From a virus (Duplodnaviria; Caudoviricetes): a stretch of 64,000 nt of DNA. Every line of letters begins with the position of its first letter. Position 1 is the stretch's first letter. The notes under the pieces are model-generated. The model saw only the letters and a program-made list of their open reading frames with translations. It did not search any database and had not been told where the DNA came from. Location: the IMG/VR virus record IMGVR_UViG_2636415425_000001, positions 47,083 through 111,082 of that record. One strand, written 5' to 3'. The position numbers and the translations under genes were made by a program. Positions 27,722-37,201 of the stretch are shown in pieces.

Positions 27722-28834
27722 CTACACTCTCATCGGCATGAGGACGTAGAGGATCGACTCATCGCTACCGCGCAGCAGCGCTGGCGAGCCCGGGTCGCCG
27801 AGATCCAGCCTGACTGTTTCGCCCTGGATCTGCATGAAGATGTCGTGCAGGTACCGGCTGTTGAAACCGATATCCATCGCATCGCCGGCGTACTCGGCTT
27901 CCAGTTCGTCCGTCGCGGAGCCGGCGTCCGGGTTCGAGCAGCTCAGCGTGATCTTACCGGCGCCGAGCGTCATCTTCACGGCGCGGCCCTTCTCGCTGGA
28001 AATCGTCGCGACGCGATCAGTGGCGGCGAGCATGTCCTTGCAGACAACCGCGATCTTCTTCTCGTTGTTCTGCGGGATGACGCGGCCGTAGTCCGGAAAC
28101 GTGCCGTCGATCAGCTTCGAGGTCAGCACCATGTCGCCGGCCGAGAAGCGGATCTTGCTGCCGGAGGCCTCGACAAGGATTTCGTTATCGCCGGCGTCGA
28201 AGAGACGCGTGATCTCGGCGACCGTTTTCCGGGGCACAATGATCCCCTTCAAGTCGGCGGCGCCCTCCGGCAGCGGGTATTCGACCTGGGCCAGGCGATG
28301 CCCGTCCGTGGCGACGGCGCGCAGCGTGGCGACGTTCCCCTGCTTCACGGCATGCAAATAAATGCCGTTGAGGTAATAGCGGGTCTCCTCGGTCGAGATG
28401 GCGAAGGCAGCCCGATCGACCAGCCGCCGCAGATCCTTTCCGGTCACGGTGAAGCTGACATTGAGGTCGTCGACCGAGAGGTTCGGGTAGTCGCTGACGG
28501 GCAACGTCTGAAGCGTGAACCGCGAACGCCCCGACTTGACGACGGCGGTGGAGTCGCCGGTCTGCTCCAGCGTCACCTGCGAACCGGCGGGCATCTTCCG
28601 GACGATCTCGTGGAAGAGCCGGGCCGGCACGGTTGTCGACCCCTTCTCGGCCACCTCGGCCCTGATCGAGTCGACCACCTCGAGGTCGAGGTCGGTGGCC
28701 CTGATCGTCAGCTTGTCCTGGCTGATGTCGACCAGGACGTTGCTCAGGATCGGGATCGTGTTGCGCTGCTCCACCGCACGCGAGATGCGGCCGAGCAGTT
28801 TCGCCAGCGCGGCCTGTTCCATTACGGCTTTCAA
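27722..28834 (-). CDS. dnaN: DNA polymerase III beta clamp (phage copy)
   Basis: RNTIPILSNV, ATDLD, EETRYYLNG, ATDGHRL, IGFNSRY, YVLMPMRV. Confidence 0.96.
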   Translation of the reverse strand: MKAVMEQAALAKLLGRISRAVEQRNTIPILSNVLVDISQDKLTIRATDLDLEVVDSIRAEVAEKGSTTVPARLFHEIVRKMPAGSQVTLEQTGDSTAVVKSGRSRFTLQTLPVSDYPNLSVDDLNVSFTVTGKDLRRLVDRAAFAISTEETRYYLNGIYLHAVKQGNVATLRAVATDGHRLAQVEYPLPEGAADLKGIIVPRKTVAEITRLFDAGDNEILVEASGSKIRFSAGDMVLTSKLIDGTFPDYGRVIPQNNEKKIAVVCKDMLAATDRVATISSEKGRAVKMTLGAGKITLSCSNPDAGSATDELEAEYAGDAMDIGFNSRYLHDIFMQIQGETVRLDLGDPGSPALLRGSDESILYVLMPMRV

Positions 28835-29403
28835 AACGGGGTCTCCTTTCGGGTTGGGGTAAGCGTCGGTTCAAAGAGATCGCCGCGCGGCGCTGCGAAG
28901 CGCGGATCCAGATGGCCACGGAGCCACCAGGCCACGCCGAGGCTCTCGGCGGCGTCGAGGGAAGTGATGTTTCGGTCGATCAGTTGGGCGTAACCGAGCG
29001 ACGTTTCCTTGGTGGCGCGCCCGTTGCCGGTGAACGCCTTTCGCCACGTCCCCTGATTGACGTAGATGAACGGGACGTCATGGGCGGCAAAGACTTCTTC
29101 GGCGATCGCGCACAGCCCGTAGATCCGCTGAAACGTCTTCATCGGCGGGCGCGTCGTCGCAGGCTCCGGGTTTTCCTCGGTTGGCTTCCCCTTGAGCTCA
29201 ATGTCGGTACGAAGCGGCTCTTCGGCGGCGCCGTGCCTGACCTGGTTGTCCTTGACAATCTGGAACAGCGTCTTCCGGAAATGCCGAAAGACTTGTCCCG
29301 AGTTCTTGCCCTCCCAATGGAAGGCCCGGGCCCAGACATAGCGATCGCCGTCGAGCAGCGTGATGCCCGTTGTCGTCGCGATATCTAAGCCCAGGATCTT
29401 CAT
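28831..29403 (-). CDS. RuvC-like Holliday junction resolvase
   Basis: ILGLDIATTTG, AAEEP, WRKAFTGNGRATK, DAAESL. Confidence 0.8.
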   Translation of the reverse strand: MKILGLDIATTTGITLLDGDRYVWARAFHWEGKNSGQVFRHFRKTLFQIVKDNQVRHGAAEEPLRTDIELKGKPTEENPEPATTRPPMKTFQRIYGLCAIAEEVFAAHDVPFIYVNQGTWRKAFTGNGRATKETSLGYAQLIDRNITSLDAAESLGVAWWLRGHLDPRFAAPRGDLFEPTLTPTRKETPF

Positions 29404-29408
29404 CGCGA

Positions 29409-29597
29409 TCAGGCGACCTGGATCGCGGTTTCGTCGAACCAGCTTTCGGTCTGCCTGCCGTCGCCGGCGCGATAGCGGACCAGATAGCTATTGACGTGAT
29501 CCTGATACTCAGCGCGGCCGATCACCGTGCCTTTCTCGTTGCTCTCGATCATGCTGACGATCGTTTTCAGTTCGTACAGGAACGGCTTGCTCTTCAC
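29409..29597 (-). CDS. Small SH3-like phage protein
   Basis: GTVIGRAEY...YLVRY...ESWFDE. Confidence 0.6.
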   Translation of the reverse strand: MKSKPFLYELKTIVSMIESNEKGTVIGRAEYQDHVNSYLVRYRAGDGRQTESWFDETAIQVA

Positions 29598-29648
29598 GGC
29601 TTCTCTCCATGGTTTCCGGCGGCGGTTGCTGCCGGTCATCTCGAACGG

Positions 29649-30221
29649 TCAGGCCTCGTCGCCGTCGTCGCCTTTCGGCTGCTCGCCGCCTTCGGGCGTC
29701 GGCTGCGGCATGGCCATGATGGCGTCGCGCTCCGAACGGGCCTGACGGAATGCCGACAGCCATGCCTGCCCCTTGATCGAGCCGACTTCGTACGGGTTGT
29801 CGGATTCCTTGGAGCCGGGCTCGGTATCGAGACGGAAGCCGGCGGCGCGACCCTCGCGCTTGGCGCGCTCGTCTTCCGGTGTCGGCCCCTGTCCGCGCAT
29901 GCCGAAGAGCTCGTACTGGCGCGGGCTCAACGTCTTGCCGAGCAAGCCGAGATAAATGCCGGCTTTCTCAATCTCGGCGCAGTAGGCGTCGATTACTTCG
30001 TCGCCGCCCTCCAGCAGCCTGATCGCGAGCTTGGCGGCGTCATTGTTCATGCCCTGCTGCGAGGTGATCGCGAAAACGCCCCGGAGCCGGTTTTTGACGG
30101 AATTGTTGGACTCGTTGGCGACCTTCGCTTCGGCTTGAGCGGCCCGGATACGTGAGAGGTTGTAGGCATCGAGCGCGCTCTGTGTCGGCTCATTTGGTCT
30201 GTCGGCGGCAGGCGTTGTCAT
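29649..30221 (-). CDS. GapR-like N-terminus fused to an RMF-like C-terminus (tentative)
   Basis: LRGVFAITSQQGMNNDAAKLAIRL; EGRAAG...DNPYEVGSIKGQAWLSAF. Confidence 0.5.
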   Translation of the reverse strand: MTTPAADRPNEPTQSALDAYNLSRIRAAQAEAKVANESNNSVKNRLRGVFAITSQQGMNNDAAKLAIRLLEGGDEVIDAYCAEIEKAGIYLGLLGKTLSPRQYELFGMRGQGPTPEDERAKREGRAAGFRLDTEPGSKESDNPYEVGSIKGQAWLSAFRQARSERDAIMAMPQPTPEGGEQPKGDDGDEA

Positions 30222-30238
30222 ATGTTTCTCCAGGTTGA

Positions 30239-31120
30239 TCAGTGGGTGATGAACGCGATCGGACGTTTCGATTGCCAGCAGAGGCCGCACGTCGCGCATG
30301 CCTCGGTGCGCCCGAGTTGTTGGGGGCAGACAATCGCTTCAGCCGGCGCCTGCAGCGGGGTCTCGATCGAGACGGTCGAGCACTCGTCAATCGGGGCGTC
30401 GGAGAATCGGATGGCGAAGCGGTCCCAGTTCGCCAGCACCAGGCGCACCAGCGCCGCGGCGATCGGATCTCGCTTCGCGTCCCAGCGAGCCGTGAATCCG
30501 TAGACATGCAGCTGCGGCACCTCGGCCAGCAGCCGCTGCCAGAGAGCGACGTAGGGGACCGAATAAAAATCGCCCAGCACGTGCAGGCGCACCACGAAGC
30601 CGCGGCGATGCTTGCGGCCGAGCGAGCGGACTTCCTGCTCCAGCCGGGCCTCCAGCGCCGCCCCTCGGTCGAGCCGGTGCGCGTGCTGCATCGAGTTGCC
30701 GTAGCAGGAGCGCCAATGCCGGCACCAGGTCGGGCATGTCGCGCGCTCCTCGAGCGTCAGGGTGTAGATCGGGAAGCCTTTCCAGCGTCCCTTGGTGACG
30801 GCCTTCCCAATCTTCGAACTGTTGAACCCGCTCTTGAGAACGTCGTGGCCGTAGGAACTCGGATCGACCACGGTCGAGCGGTAGACCGTCCGGCCTTCCA
30901 CGATCGCAGGGTTATCAAACGCGGGGATCTTGGCCGGCCGGCCGGCCAGCGGGAGCGCCGACTGCCGCGAATGGCTATTCGGCTTGACGCCGACCTTTCC
31001 TTTGATGATGAGACGGAGATACGCGGGCGATCCGCCGACGCGCGCCTTGATCTGGGGGACGGTCAGGTTCGCGGCATGAAGCGCCCTCACCTGGTCGTGG
31101 TCGATGGTGCGTTCTCTCAT
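30239..31120 (-). CDS. Gp88-like Cys-rich phage protein
   Basis: ATCPTWC...SCYG, VRLHVLGDFYS, CPQQ...CATCGLCW. Confidence 0.65.
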   Translation of the reverse strand: MRERTIDHDQVRALHAANLTVPQIKARVGGSPAYLRLIIKGKVGVKPNSHSRQSALPLAGRPAKIPAFDNPAIVEGRTVYRSTVVDPSSYGHDVLKSGFNSSKIGKAVTKGRWKGFPIYTLTLEERATCPTWCRHWRSCYGNSMQHAHRLDRGAALEARLEQEVRSLGRKHRRGFVVRLHVLGDFYSVPYVALWQRLLAEVPQLHVYGFTARWDAKRDPIAAALVRLVLANWDRFAIRFSDAPIDECSTVSIETPLQAPAEAIVCPQQLGRTEACATCGLCWQSKRPIAFITH

Positions 31121-31305
31121 GCCCCACCTTCAATGATGAGGACACGAACCGGCGACGTCTCGCGGCGCCATTCCGAGCGGCCGTCGATGGCGATCCAGCG
31201 GCGCTCAAGCCGAACGCCGAAAAGTCGCGGCGCCAGCCGATATTCGGCCGTCGGCGCCCATCCGCGATTATCCCAATCCGGCGGTGGCGGCAGATACACC
31301 TTCAT
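31117..31305 (-). CDS. Hypothetical protein
   Basis: Coupled to neighbours. Confidence 0.5.
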   Translation of the reverse strand: MKVYLPPPPDWDNRGWAPTAEYRLAPRLFGVRLERRWIAIDGRSEWRRETSPVRVLIIEGGA

Positions 31306-31925
31306 GCCGGCACCTCGATCGCGTCGAAAAGCGGGGTCGCCGAGGCCTGCTTCTCCGTCTTGCGGCGTGGCGGCACCCTGGCGCCGACTTCGATGGTGCC
31401 AACCTCGTCCCCCCAGTGCGTGAAGCCCTCATGGTTCTCGCGGGAGAACAGACACAGCCTCTCCAGGCCGGGCGTCTTTTCCCGGAGATGCTCGTACCAT
31501 TCGACCGGCTTCTGACTGTGTCCCCGAGCTTTGCCCTTGATCTCGCCGTAGAGCGCGTCGTGGATCTGGTGCTCATCACCGAACACGCCGAGCAAGACCG
31601 ACTCGTGCATGCCGCGCGACCGATACCCGGTGCCCATGCGCCCCTTCGGCCATACCAGTTCCGTCTTGAAGCGCGCGCCCCACTGCTCCAGGAGCCACAT
31701 CGACTTATTCAGCGTCGGCGGGCCTGCCCAAAGCGTGATGATGCCGTTGCCGCGGACGAGGTGACCGACAGGCAGATTGGCGAGATCCTCCCAGGACATG
31801 ATCTTGTATTGGGCGGACGCGGATTTCTTGTTGCCGCTCTCCGACCGCAGCTTGAACTCGGTCGGCGGATCGATGTCGACGACATCGAAACCAAACATCG
31901 GCAGCGGCTCGAAGAACCAGCTCAC
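31302..31925 (-). CDS. MT-A70-family methyltransferase
   Basis: IDPPTEF, GTGYRSR, HESVLLG, HSQKP, LFSRE...WGDE. Confidence 0.85.
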   Translation of the reverse strand: MSWFFEPLPMFGFDVVDIDPPTEFKLRSESGNKKSASAQYKIMSWEDLANLPVGHLVRGNGIITLWAGPPTLNKSMWLLEQWGARFKTELVWPKGRMGTGYRSRGMHESVLLGVFGDEHQIHDALYGEIKGKARGHSQKPVEWYEHLREKTPGLERLCLFSRENHEGFTHWGDEVGTIEVGARVPPRRKTEKQASATPLFDAIEVPA

Positions 31926-32749
31926 AGCCCGCACATCCCTTCGCAATCGTTGTTGAAGAGATCCGGCTGGCCACGCTCTTCGCTCGTCGAGAAGTCGACC
32001 TGGTCGAGCGGCTTCATTGAACGGTGCAGGTACGGCTTCAGCCGTAAGTGCCGTGAATAGCCGGACTCCGGCGAGCGGATTGCGTGGTCGACCTCGACTG
32101 CCTGTTGCCATCCGGCTGGATCGCGGTTGCGCAAATCACGCCATTGATGGTCGCTGCGATACGGACAGAACGTACATGCGCTTTTCGGTGGTTCCGGATA
32201 ACCGTTCCGGCGCAGCCACTGCAGGCAATCCCATCGGGACATGCGCTTTTCGATCAGCGGCCAGCGGTTCACCTGCCACGCATTGCGCGCAGGCTTCATC
32301 CGGACCGCCTCATCGGTTGAGATGCCGATCCAGACTTCCATGCTTGCCGCTGGAATGCGCTTGCGCGGGGCGAAGCCAAGCAACTCGCGCTGCTTCTTCA
32401 AAAGCGGCTCAATCTTGTATTCCTTGGTGCACTGTCGGCGGCCGAGCCCGTCCTCACCATTTCCTCGATCGAGGAAGGCCGGGATGGCCGCATACCGACG
32501 CTTTCCGCCGCCGTTGGTGCCCGCGAACAACGCCGTGTGCAGGGCCTCTGGCTTGCGCGTGGTGTGGACCGGAAAGGGCAGGACGTTAGGCGACATCAGC
32601 CAGCGGAGATGTTCATAAACGGGTGCTGGCTCGCTTCCGGTGTCCGCGAATATCGCGGCATCCGGCATCGGTCCGATTTCGCCATGCGCCGCCATCAGCG
32701 CCATAGTGGTGCTCTGGACGCCGGCACCGAGGGAGATGACGCGCATCAT
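31922..32749 (-). CDS. PAPS-reductase/PP-loop-like phage protein
   Basis: ISLGAGVQST, IFADTG, RQCTKEYKI, IGISTDE, KSACTFCPY. Confidence 0.75.
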   Translation of the reverse strand: MMRVISLGAGVQSTTMALMAAHGEIGPMPDAAIFADTGSEPAPVYEHLRWLMSPNVLPFPVHTTRKPEALHTALFAGTNGGGKRRYAAIPAFLDRGNGEDGLGRRQCTKEYKIEPLLKKQRELLGFAPRKRIPAASMEVWIGISTDEAVRMKPARNAWQVNRWPLIEKRMSRWDCLQWLRRNGYPEPPKSACTFCPYRSDHQWRDLRNRDPAGWQQAVEVDHAIRSPESGYSRHLRLKPYLHRSMKPLDQVDFSTSEERGQPDLFNNDCEGMCGL

Positions 32750-33099
32750 GGGGCGCCTCCCACGAAGTACGCGCGCAGGGCCTCCTCGGCCGCGGTCCGC
32801 TCCGAGATCCGATGTTCGTGGGCATAGGCGCGGATGGCGCGGCGGACCTCCGGCAGCGGGCGCACAACGATCCCATCCCCGACACCCGGCTCCGGGATAC
32901 TCAGCGTCCGAGCCTTGCCCGGAACGCGCAGCAGCGCGCCGCGATAGACGAGACTGTCGATCAGGTGCGAGATCGTGCCACGCCCCCGGATCCCGAGATG
33001 GTCGGCGATCTCCCGATACGATGGCGATGCACCGTGCTGCTCGACGTGATGCCTGACGAATTGAACGCACTGCGCCTGGACGTTGGTGAGGCCCATCAT
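32746..33099 (-). CDS. LexA N-terminal-like DNA-binding protein
   Basis: GLTNVQ...GASPSYREIADHLG...PGKARTL; no peptidase domain. Confidence 0.75.
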   Translation of the reverse strand: MMGLTNVQAQCVQFVRHHVEQHGASPSYREIADHLGIRGRGTISHLIDSLVYRGALLRVPGKARTLSIPEPGVGDGIVVRPLPEVRRAIRAYAHEHRISERTAAEEALRAYFVGGAP

Positions 33100-33341
33100 G
33101 CTGGACCTCCCGCCGGCAACGTCGGCTTGATCACTTCGTCAGCAAATCGCGAGAAGACATCGTATGTCTTCTCCCGTCCGATCGATCCGACCAGGTAGGA
33201 CGCGATGGCCTGGAGGTGTGCGTCGATCACAAGCGCCGCAACGTCCTTGCCGCCGGCGTGCTCGACCGTCATCAGGGAGGCGATGCACTCCTTGCGGGCG
33301 TAGTCTTTCATGATGGTCGAGGCGCCGGGGTTCATGACCAT
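33096..33341 (-). CDS. Hypothetical protein
   Basis: Coupled to neighbours. Confidence 0.55.
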   Translation of the reverse strand: MVMNPGASTIMKDYARKECIASLMTVEHAGGKDVAALVIDAHLQAIASYLVGSIGREKTYDVFSRFADEVIKPTLPAGGPA

Positions 33342-33901
33342 GACGTGGCCGCCCTCTGTGCCCGGTGATGATCCTGAATTCGGAGCGACCGCTGCTCCTG
33401 CGTCTCCCTGCCCCGACGGTTCTGCGTCGGCTGATACGCCAGCCGAGTGTGATGCGCGCAGTACGGCAGACCGGCGAGCGCGCGACCGCTGCAGAAATAG
33501 AAATCCGGCGTCGTGGGATCTCCGATCGGCCAGCGGCAGTCGCCGTCACGAAGGTCGAGAATTCCCTTCCGCTGATCTTGAGGGACGCCGGGATCGAAGT
33601 CGGTCGCGGACTGGTGCGGCTCAGCACTCTCCTCGAGGATAGGCTCCTGTGCCTGGGCAAACACCTGGCGGATTGCGGACTGCCGGCGAGACGGCGCGGC
33701 TGTACGCTTCCGTTTCGGCGCCTCGATTTCCCGGACCTGCTTGGGTCGGCTGTTGGCCATGCCCAGACGGTGAAGCTTCCCGATGACCGCGTTGCGTGTC
33801 ACCTGGCCGAGTTCGGCGGCGATCTGCGAGCATGACAAACCTGCCGCGAACAGTTCCTTCAAACGCGTGATGCGATCGTCGCTCCAGGTTGACGGCTTCA
33901 T
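33332..33901 (-). CDS. gcrA: GcrA-like cell-cycle regulator
   Basis: WSDDRI...GLSCSQIAAELGQVTRNAVIGKLHRLG; CRWPIGDP...FYFC...PYCAHH. Confidence 0.92.
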   Translation of the reverse strand: MKPSTWSDDRITRLKELFAAGLSCSQIAAELGQVTRNAVIGKLHRLGMANSRPKQVREIEAPKRKRTAAPSRRQSAIRQVFAQAQEPILEESAEPHQSATDFDPGVPQDQRKGILDLRDGDCRWPIGDPTTPDFYFCSGRALAGLPYCAHHTRLAYQPTQNRRGRETQEQRSLRIQDHHRAQRAATSWS

Positions 33902-34074
33902 CGGCGCGCCGCCTTTCGTCGGGCGGCACGGATCTCAGCGAACGGCTTCTCGCAGCGGCTATCCAGCCACTTCGAGACGTCGAACCACCAGCTTCCCAAC
34001 TTGATCCAGCTTTCGCCGCACGATGTGCAGCAGGTGCTGATAGCGACGGCCTGATCGGCCAGGAATGCAAACAC
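33898..34074 (-). CDS. Small hypothetical protein not in the ORF track
   Basis: Own translation MFAFLADQAV...KAARR; stop overlaps the gcrA ATG. Confidence 0.35.
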   Translation of the reverse strand: MFAFLADQAVAISTCCTSCGESWIKLGSWWFDVSKWLDSRCEKPFAEIRAARRKAARR

Positions 34075-34138
34075 GCAGAAGCTCGCTTTAACAATGCGCC
34101 GCGAATTCGCGCGGCTCGTACTCAGACCGACCGCCCGT

Positions 34139-34570
34139 TCAGCGCCGGGTCAACTCCATGTGGATCTGCCGCTCATCGGCCTCGCGCCGCACGCGCTTCA
34201 CCTCGGCCTCTGCCTCGGCGAGCCGGCGCTCGAGTATCCGGCGAGTCAGCCAACGCTCGCGTGTCTCTTCGGGGATGTGCGCCCAGAGCGCGTCGATGCA
34301 CTCGAGGCCTTCCGGCCCCGCGCAGACGTTGAGGAAATGTTCGAGGTCGATGACGCGATTGCTGGCGGTCCAATTATCGACGGTGCTCAGAGAGCACTGC
34401 GCACGCGCAGCCATCGTTTTGCGGAAGCTACCGCCGGTCATCGCGTTGCGACAAACCCGAATGATTTCAGCGGTTATCTTCGCGGCTCTTACGTTCGTAG
34501 AAATCGGTTTGCACGAACGTAGGACGGGTTCGTTTGCATTGATCGAAGCGGCAAGCGATGCTGTTCCCAT
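34139..34570 (-). CDS. CII-position HTH protein
   Basis: KTMAARAQCSLSTVDNW; downstream of cro. Confidence 0.55.
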   Translation of the reverse strand: MGTASLAASINANEPVLRSCKPISTNVRAAKITAEIIRVCRNAMTGGSFRKTMAARAQCSLSTVDNWTASNRVIDLEHFLNVCAGPEGLECIDALWAHIPEETRERWLTRRILERRLAEAEAEVKRVRREADERQIHMELTRR

Positions 34571-34915
34571 GATGAATGCTCCCTTTTTTCACAAACACAA
34601 TTCGAGCGTCGCCGTGGTGTCGACGCCTGACAAAGATGACGACTGGGCGCGCGCCGCCCTGGCCGGAACACGAATGCTGATTGCGGAAGAGTGCTTCGAT
34701 GCGATGTTGCAGATGCTGATCGATGCCGGCTTGGTGCCGAGGAGTTGTGCCGCGGTCATGCTCGACCGCCTTTCGGAGAAGCTGCTTCTGCACGCCTCGG
34801 GACGAACGGAAACGCACTGGGCGATCCGAGTGCCGGAATTGATCGACCAGGCGACGAGGTTGTCGACGAAAGCCGCGACGCTGAAAACTGTGATCGGCGG
34901 CGTGTCATGACGCCC

Positions 34916-35176
34916 TCACCGGCCAGCGGTGTCAGCGGGCGCCCGCGCAGCGACGTTGGCGGCGTAGAGTTCCTCGGCTGTGACGTCGCACAGCCCGCGG
35001 ATCACGCCCCAATGTCGGTCGGGAATGCCGATCTTGGACCATTTGTAGACGGCCTCGATCGTGACCACCCCGTCAGAGGCCTTCGCGATCTCCGCAGCGC
35101 CGCCGGCGTACTTGATGATTTCGGGAACCGTCTTTGGACGATCGGCGGGCGGAGTGTCTGCGGAGGCATCTGTCAT
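34916..35176 (-). CDS. Cro-like repressor
   Basis: AGGAAEIAK...EAVYKWSKIGIP; divergent from cI. Confidence 0.8.
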   Translation of the reverse strand: MTDASADTPPADRPKTVPEIIKYAGGAAEIAKASDGVVTIEAVYKWSKIGIPDRHWGVIRGLCDVTAEELYAANVAARAPADTAGR

Positions 35177-35181
35177 GGCCT

Positions 35182-35247
35182 CTGGAATTTACTGGAATTT
35201 AATTCCGGAAACAAGTCATCCGAATTCTATTCCGAAAATAATTCCAG
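35182..35247. promoter_or_regulatory. cI/cro operator region with 17-bp CTGGAA-N5-TTCCRG-like sites
   Basis: CTGGAATTTAATTCCGG 35192-35208; TCCGAAAATAATTCCAG 35231-35247. Confidence 0.7.
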
Positions 35248-35263
35248 TTCCTATGCTGGACCC

Positions 35264-36046
35264 GTGGAGAATCTGGAACCCGACAAAGGACTTACCTTGG
35301 AGACACCGCCCCTACTGTGGAACCACCGACTGCGCGCTGCTCGCAGGTCGAAGGGTGTTTCGGTACCCGATCTCGCGCGCGTCATCGTTGGCAGCAACGA
35401 TGCCGATGCGATCGCCGCGATGGTCCAGAAAATTTATAGCTACGAGAAGATCTCGGCGAAGCAAAAGCCCGTCGAGCAACCGCGTGGCAAAACGATGGAG
35501 CAACTGGCAACTGCGCTCGGCGTGAGCGTCGAATGGTTGCGCGACGGTAAAGCAACCTCGGGTAACCATATCTCGGATGAGACGATTGTTGCCCTTGACG
35601 AAAATATGGTTACCCCAAACCTTACGGGCGAACAAAGAGAAACAAAATACTCGCGGAAAACTGTGCCTATCTACGGTCGAGCCGCGGGTGGTCGTGAGGG
35701 AAGGTTCATCTTGAACGGGGAAAAAGTTGGGGAGATCCTGCGCCCACCGAGCCTCGAAGCAGTCGCCGAAGGTTACGTCGTGGAGCAGAGCGGAGACTCG
35801 ATGTCTCCAGCAATCAAGGATGGGTACAAGGTCTACGTCAATCCGAAGCGCCCATACCATCGCGGCTCGCTGGTGGTCGTGCAGATCAAGACCGGCGTCG
35901 AAAACGAATTCGACGGCTACGCGAAGGAGTTTGTCTCCTTCTCGCGGAAGGAACTGATACTCGAGCAGTACAATCCGCCGAAGCAACTCCGGTTTGCCGC
36001 GAACCTGGTCGAAAGCATCCACGCAATTGTGGGCGTGGAGTTTTGA
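35264..36046 (+). CDS. CI-like repressor (XRE HTH + S24 peptidase); start uncertain
   Basis: LRAARRSKG, LATALGVSVEWL, GRAAGG cleavage site, GDSMSP, YAKE. Confidence 0.9.
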   Translation: MENLEPDKGLTLETPPLLWNHRLRAARRSKGVSVPDLARVIVGSNDADAIAAMVQKIYSYEKISAKQKPVEQPRGKTMEQLATALGVSVEWLRDGKATSGNHISDETIVALDENMVTPNLTGEQRETKYSRKTVPIYGRAAGGREGRFILNGEKVGEILRPPSLEAVAEGYVVEQSGDSMSPAIKDGYKVYVNPKRPYHRGSLVVVQIKTGVENEFDGYAKEFVSFSRKELILEQYNPPKQLRFAANLVESIHAIVGVEF

Positions 36047-36091
36047 CAGCCACCACATCTGGTGGCGTCGACTCTGGCGCGGAAAGATTCA

Positions 36092-36352
36092 ATGATGCCG
36101 GCATACATCGTCACGAGCGAGAACGATGCGGCGTCAAAACACTGCAAAAACCGTTATTTCCGCGGTCACTCCGTCGTCTGGACAAGCAATGATCTCCAGC
36201 ACTTTCGGATCCATCCGGAGACTACGATCGATGAGCTCGGTCAGCACATCCACTGCTCCCGTTGCCGCGGCCAGGGTGGCTGGGGCTGGAACGTCGAGAT
36301 CTACCCTCGCCGCGTTTATCCTGATCAGTCTTGGCGCCGGCGCGCGGGTTGA
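36092..36352 (+). CDS. Small Zn-ribbon-like protein downstream of cI
   Basis: HC...H...HCSRC. Confidence 0.5.
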   Translation: MMPAYIVTSENDAASKHCKNRYFRGHSVVWTSNDLQHFRIHPETTIDELGQHIHCSRCRGQGGWGWNVEIYPRRVYPDQSWRRRAG

Positions 36353-36695
36353 AGCCGCTCAGCCGTCTGAGGAGTCGATCCGCGCCGCTCGCGCCGAGAT
36401 CACCCGCATGAGCGAGCCGGAGCTGCGATCGCTGCTAAATTACTTTGCGGAATGCACCGACCGAACGACGATGAACCAGGCGGTGAGGCAGGCTTGCAAA
36501 GCGGCGTTCGTCAAGTACCAGACCGAGTTCGGCGGGAAGCGAACCGTCGACAAGCTGATCGCGGAACAGGAAGAGCTCGGCGATATCCAGCGCACCTTCC
36601 GCGCCACTGGCCAGGCGACGGACTCGAGCTATGTCGAGACCGTTGATCGGCAGCTTCGCCAAGCTGTCGGCGACGCGCTAAAGGCCCATCGCTAG
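36231..36695 (+). CDS. Possible exported helical protein; start uncertain
   Basis: Signal-peptide-like STLAAFILISLGAGARVEAA then a Cys-paired helical domain. Confidence 0.45.
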   Translation: MSSVSTSTAPVAAARVAGAGTSRSTLAAFILISLGAGARVEAAQPSEESIRAARAEITRMSEPELRSLLNYFAECTDRTTMNQAVRQACKAAFVKYQTEFGGKRTVDKLIAEQEELGDIQRTFRATGQATDSSYVETVDRQLRQAVGDALKAHR

Positions 36696-37201
36696 CGCGA
36701 CAACCTCGCGGCGAGCGCGTTTCGGATCGTCGGTAGCCGCTCGACGAATTCGGCGATGCCGGCGAGCTCTTCGCGAGCCGCCCTTACCTCCACCATCATC
36801 TCGGCGATCGTCGGCAGGAACTTGGACTTCTGCCGCCAGCGCCGGCACGCCATTTCGACCGCGCCGAACGACGGATCCAGCGACATGACGTCGTCGCGGA
36901 GGAACTGGCCGAAGACCCCGGCATCTTGGCTGCCGGCGTTCGGGTACGCCTTCACCAGCAAGCCCAAATAGGCGACGGCGCCAGCGACAGGGATCGGCGC
37001 CAGCGCCTGTTCCAGCGCCGCTCGGTTCTCACGGTGAACCGCGATGGCCTTGTCCACCTGCCCCAGGAGTTCGACACTCGGTTCGTCGGCCAGCGCAGCT
37101 GCCTCGCGGGCTGCGGCAATTGCGCGTAGCGGCGGCTCGAGTCCTGAGAACGATGGCGGTGCCGGCGGCTTCCCGCGTTGCGGTTCAACGAGATCGCGCA
37201 T
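36692..37201 (-). CDS. Replication P-like/helicase-loader-position protein
   Basis: Follows the O-like gene; AVEMACRRW...FLPTIAEM. Confidence 0.55.
   Translation of the reverse strand: MRDLVEPQRGKPPAPPSFSGLEPPLRAIAAAREAAALADEPSVELLGQVDKAIAVHRENRAALEQALAPIPVAGAVAYLGLLVKAYPNAGSQDAGVFGQFLRDDVMSLDPSFGAVEMACRRWRQKSKFLPTIAEMMVEVRAAREELAGIAEFVERLPTIRNALAARLSR

Noticed and set aside
27722-28834. dnaN plus the DnaA-like gene as a sign of the chromosomal origin
   Set aside because: dnaN is embedded in a phage operon, the DnaA-like gene has only domain IV, and recF/gyrB are absent
26019-28993. 517-aa and 458-aa plus-strand ORFs
   Set aside because: Shadows of the C5 MTase and dnaN
34569-34910. Plus-strand ORF between the cII-like gene and cro
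   Set aside because: Plausible but has no clear RBS or motif and opposes the operon; left uncalled
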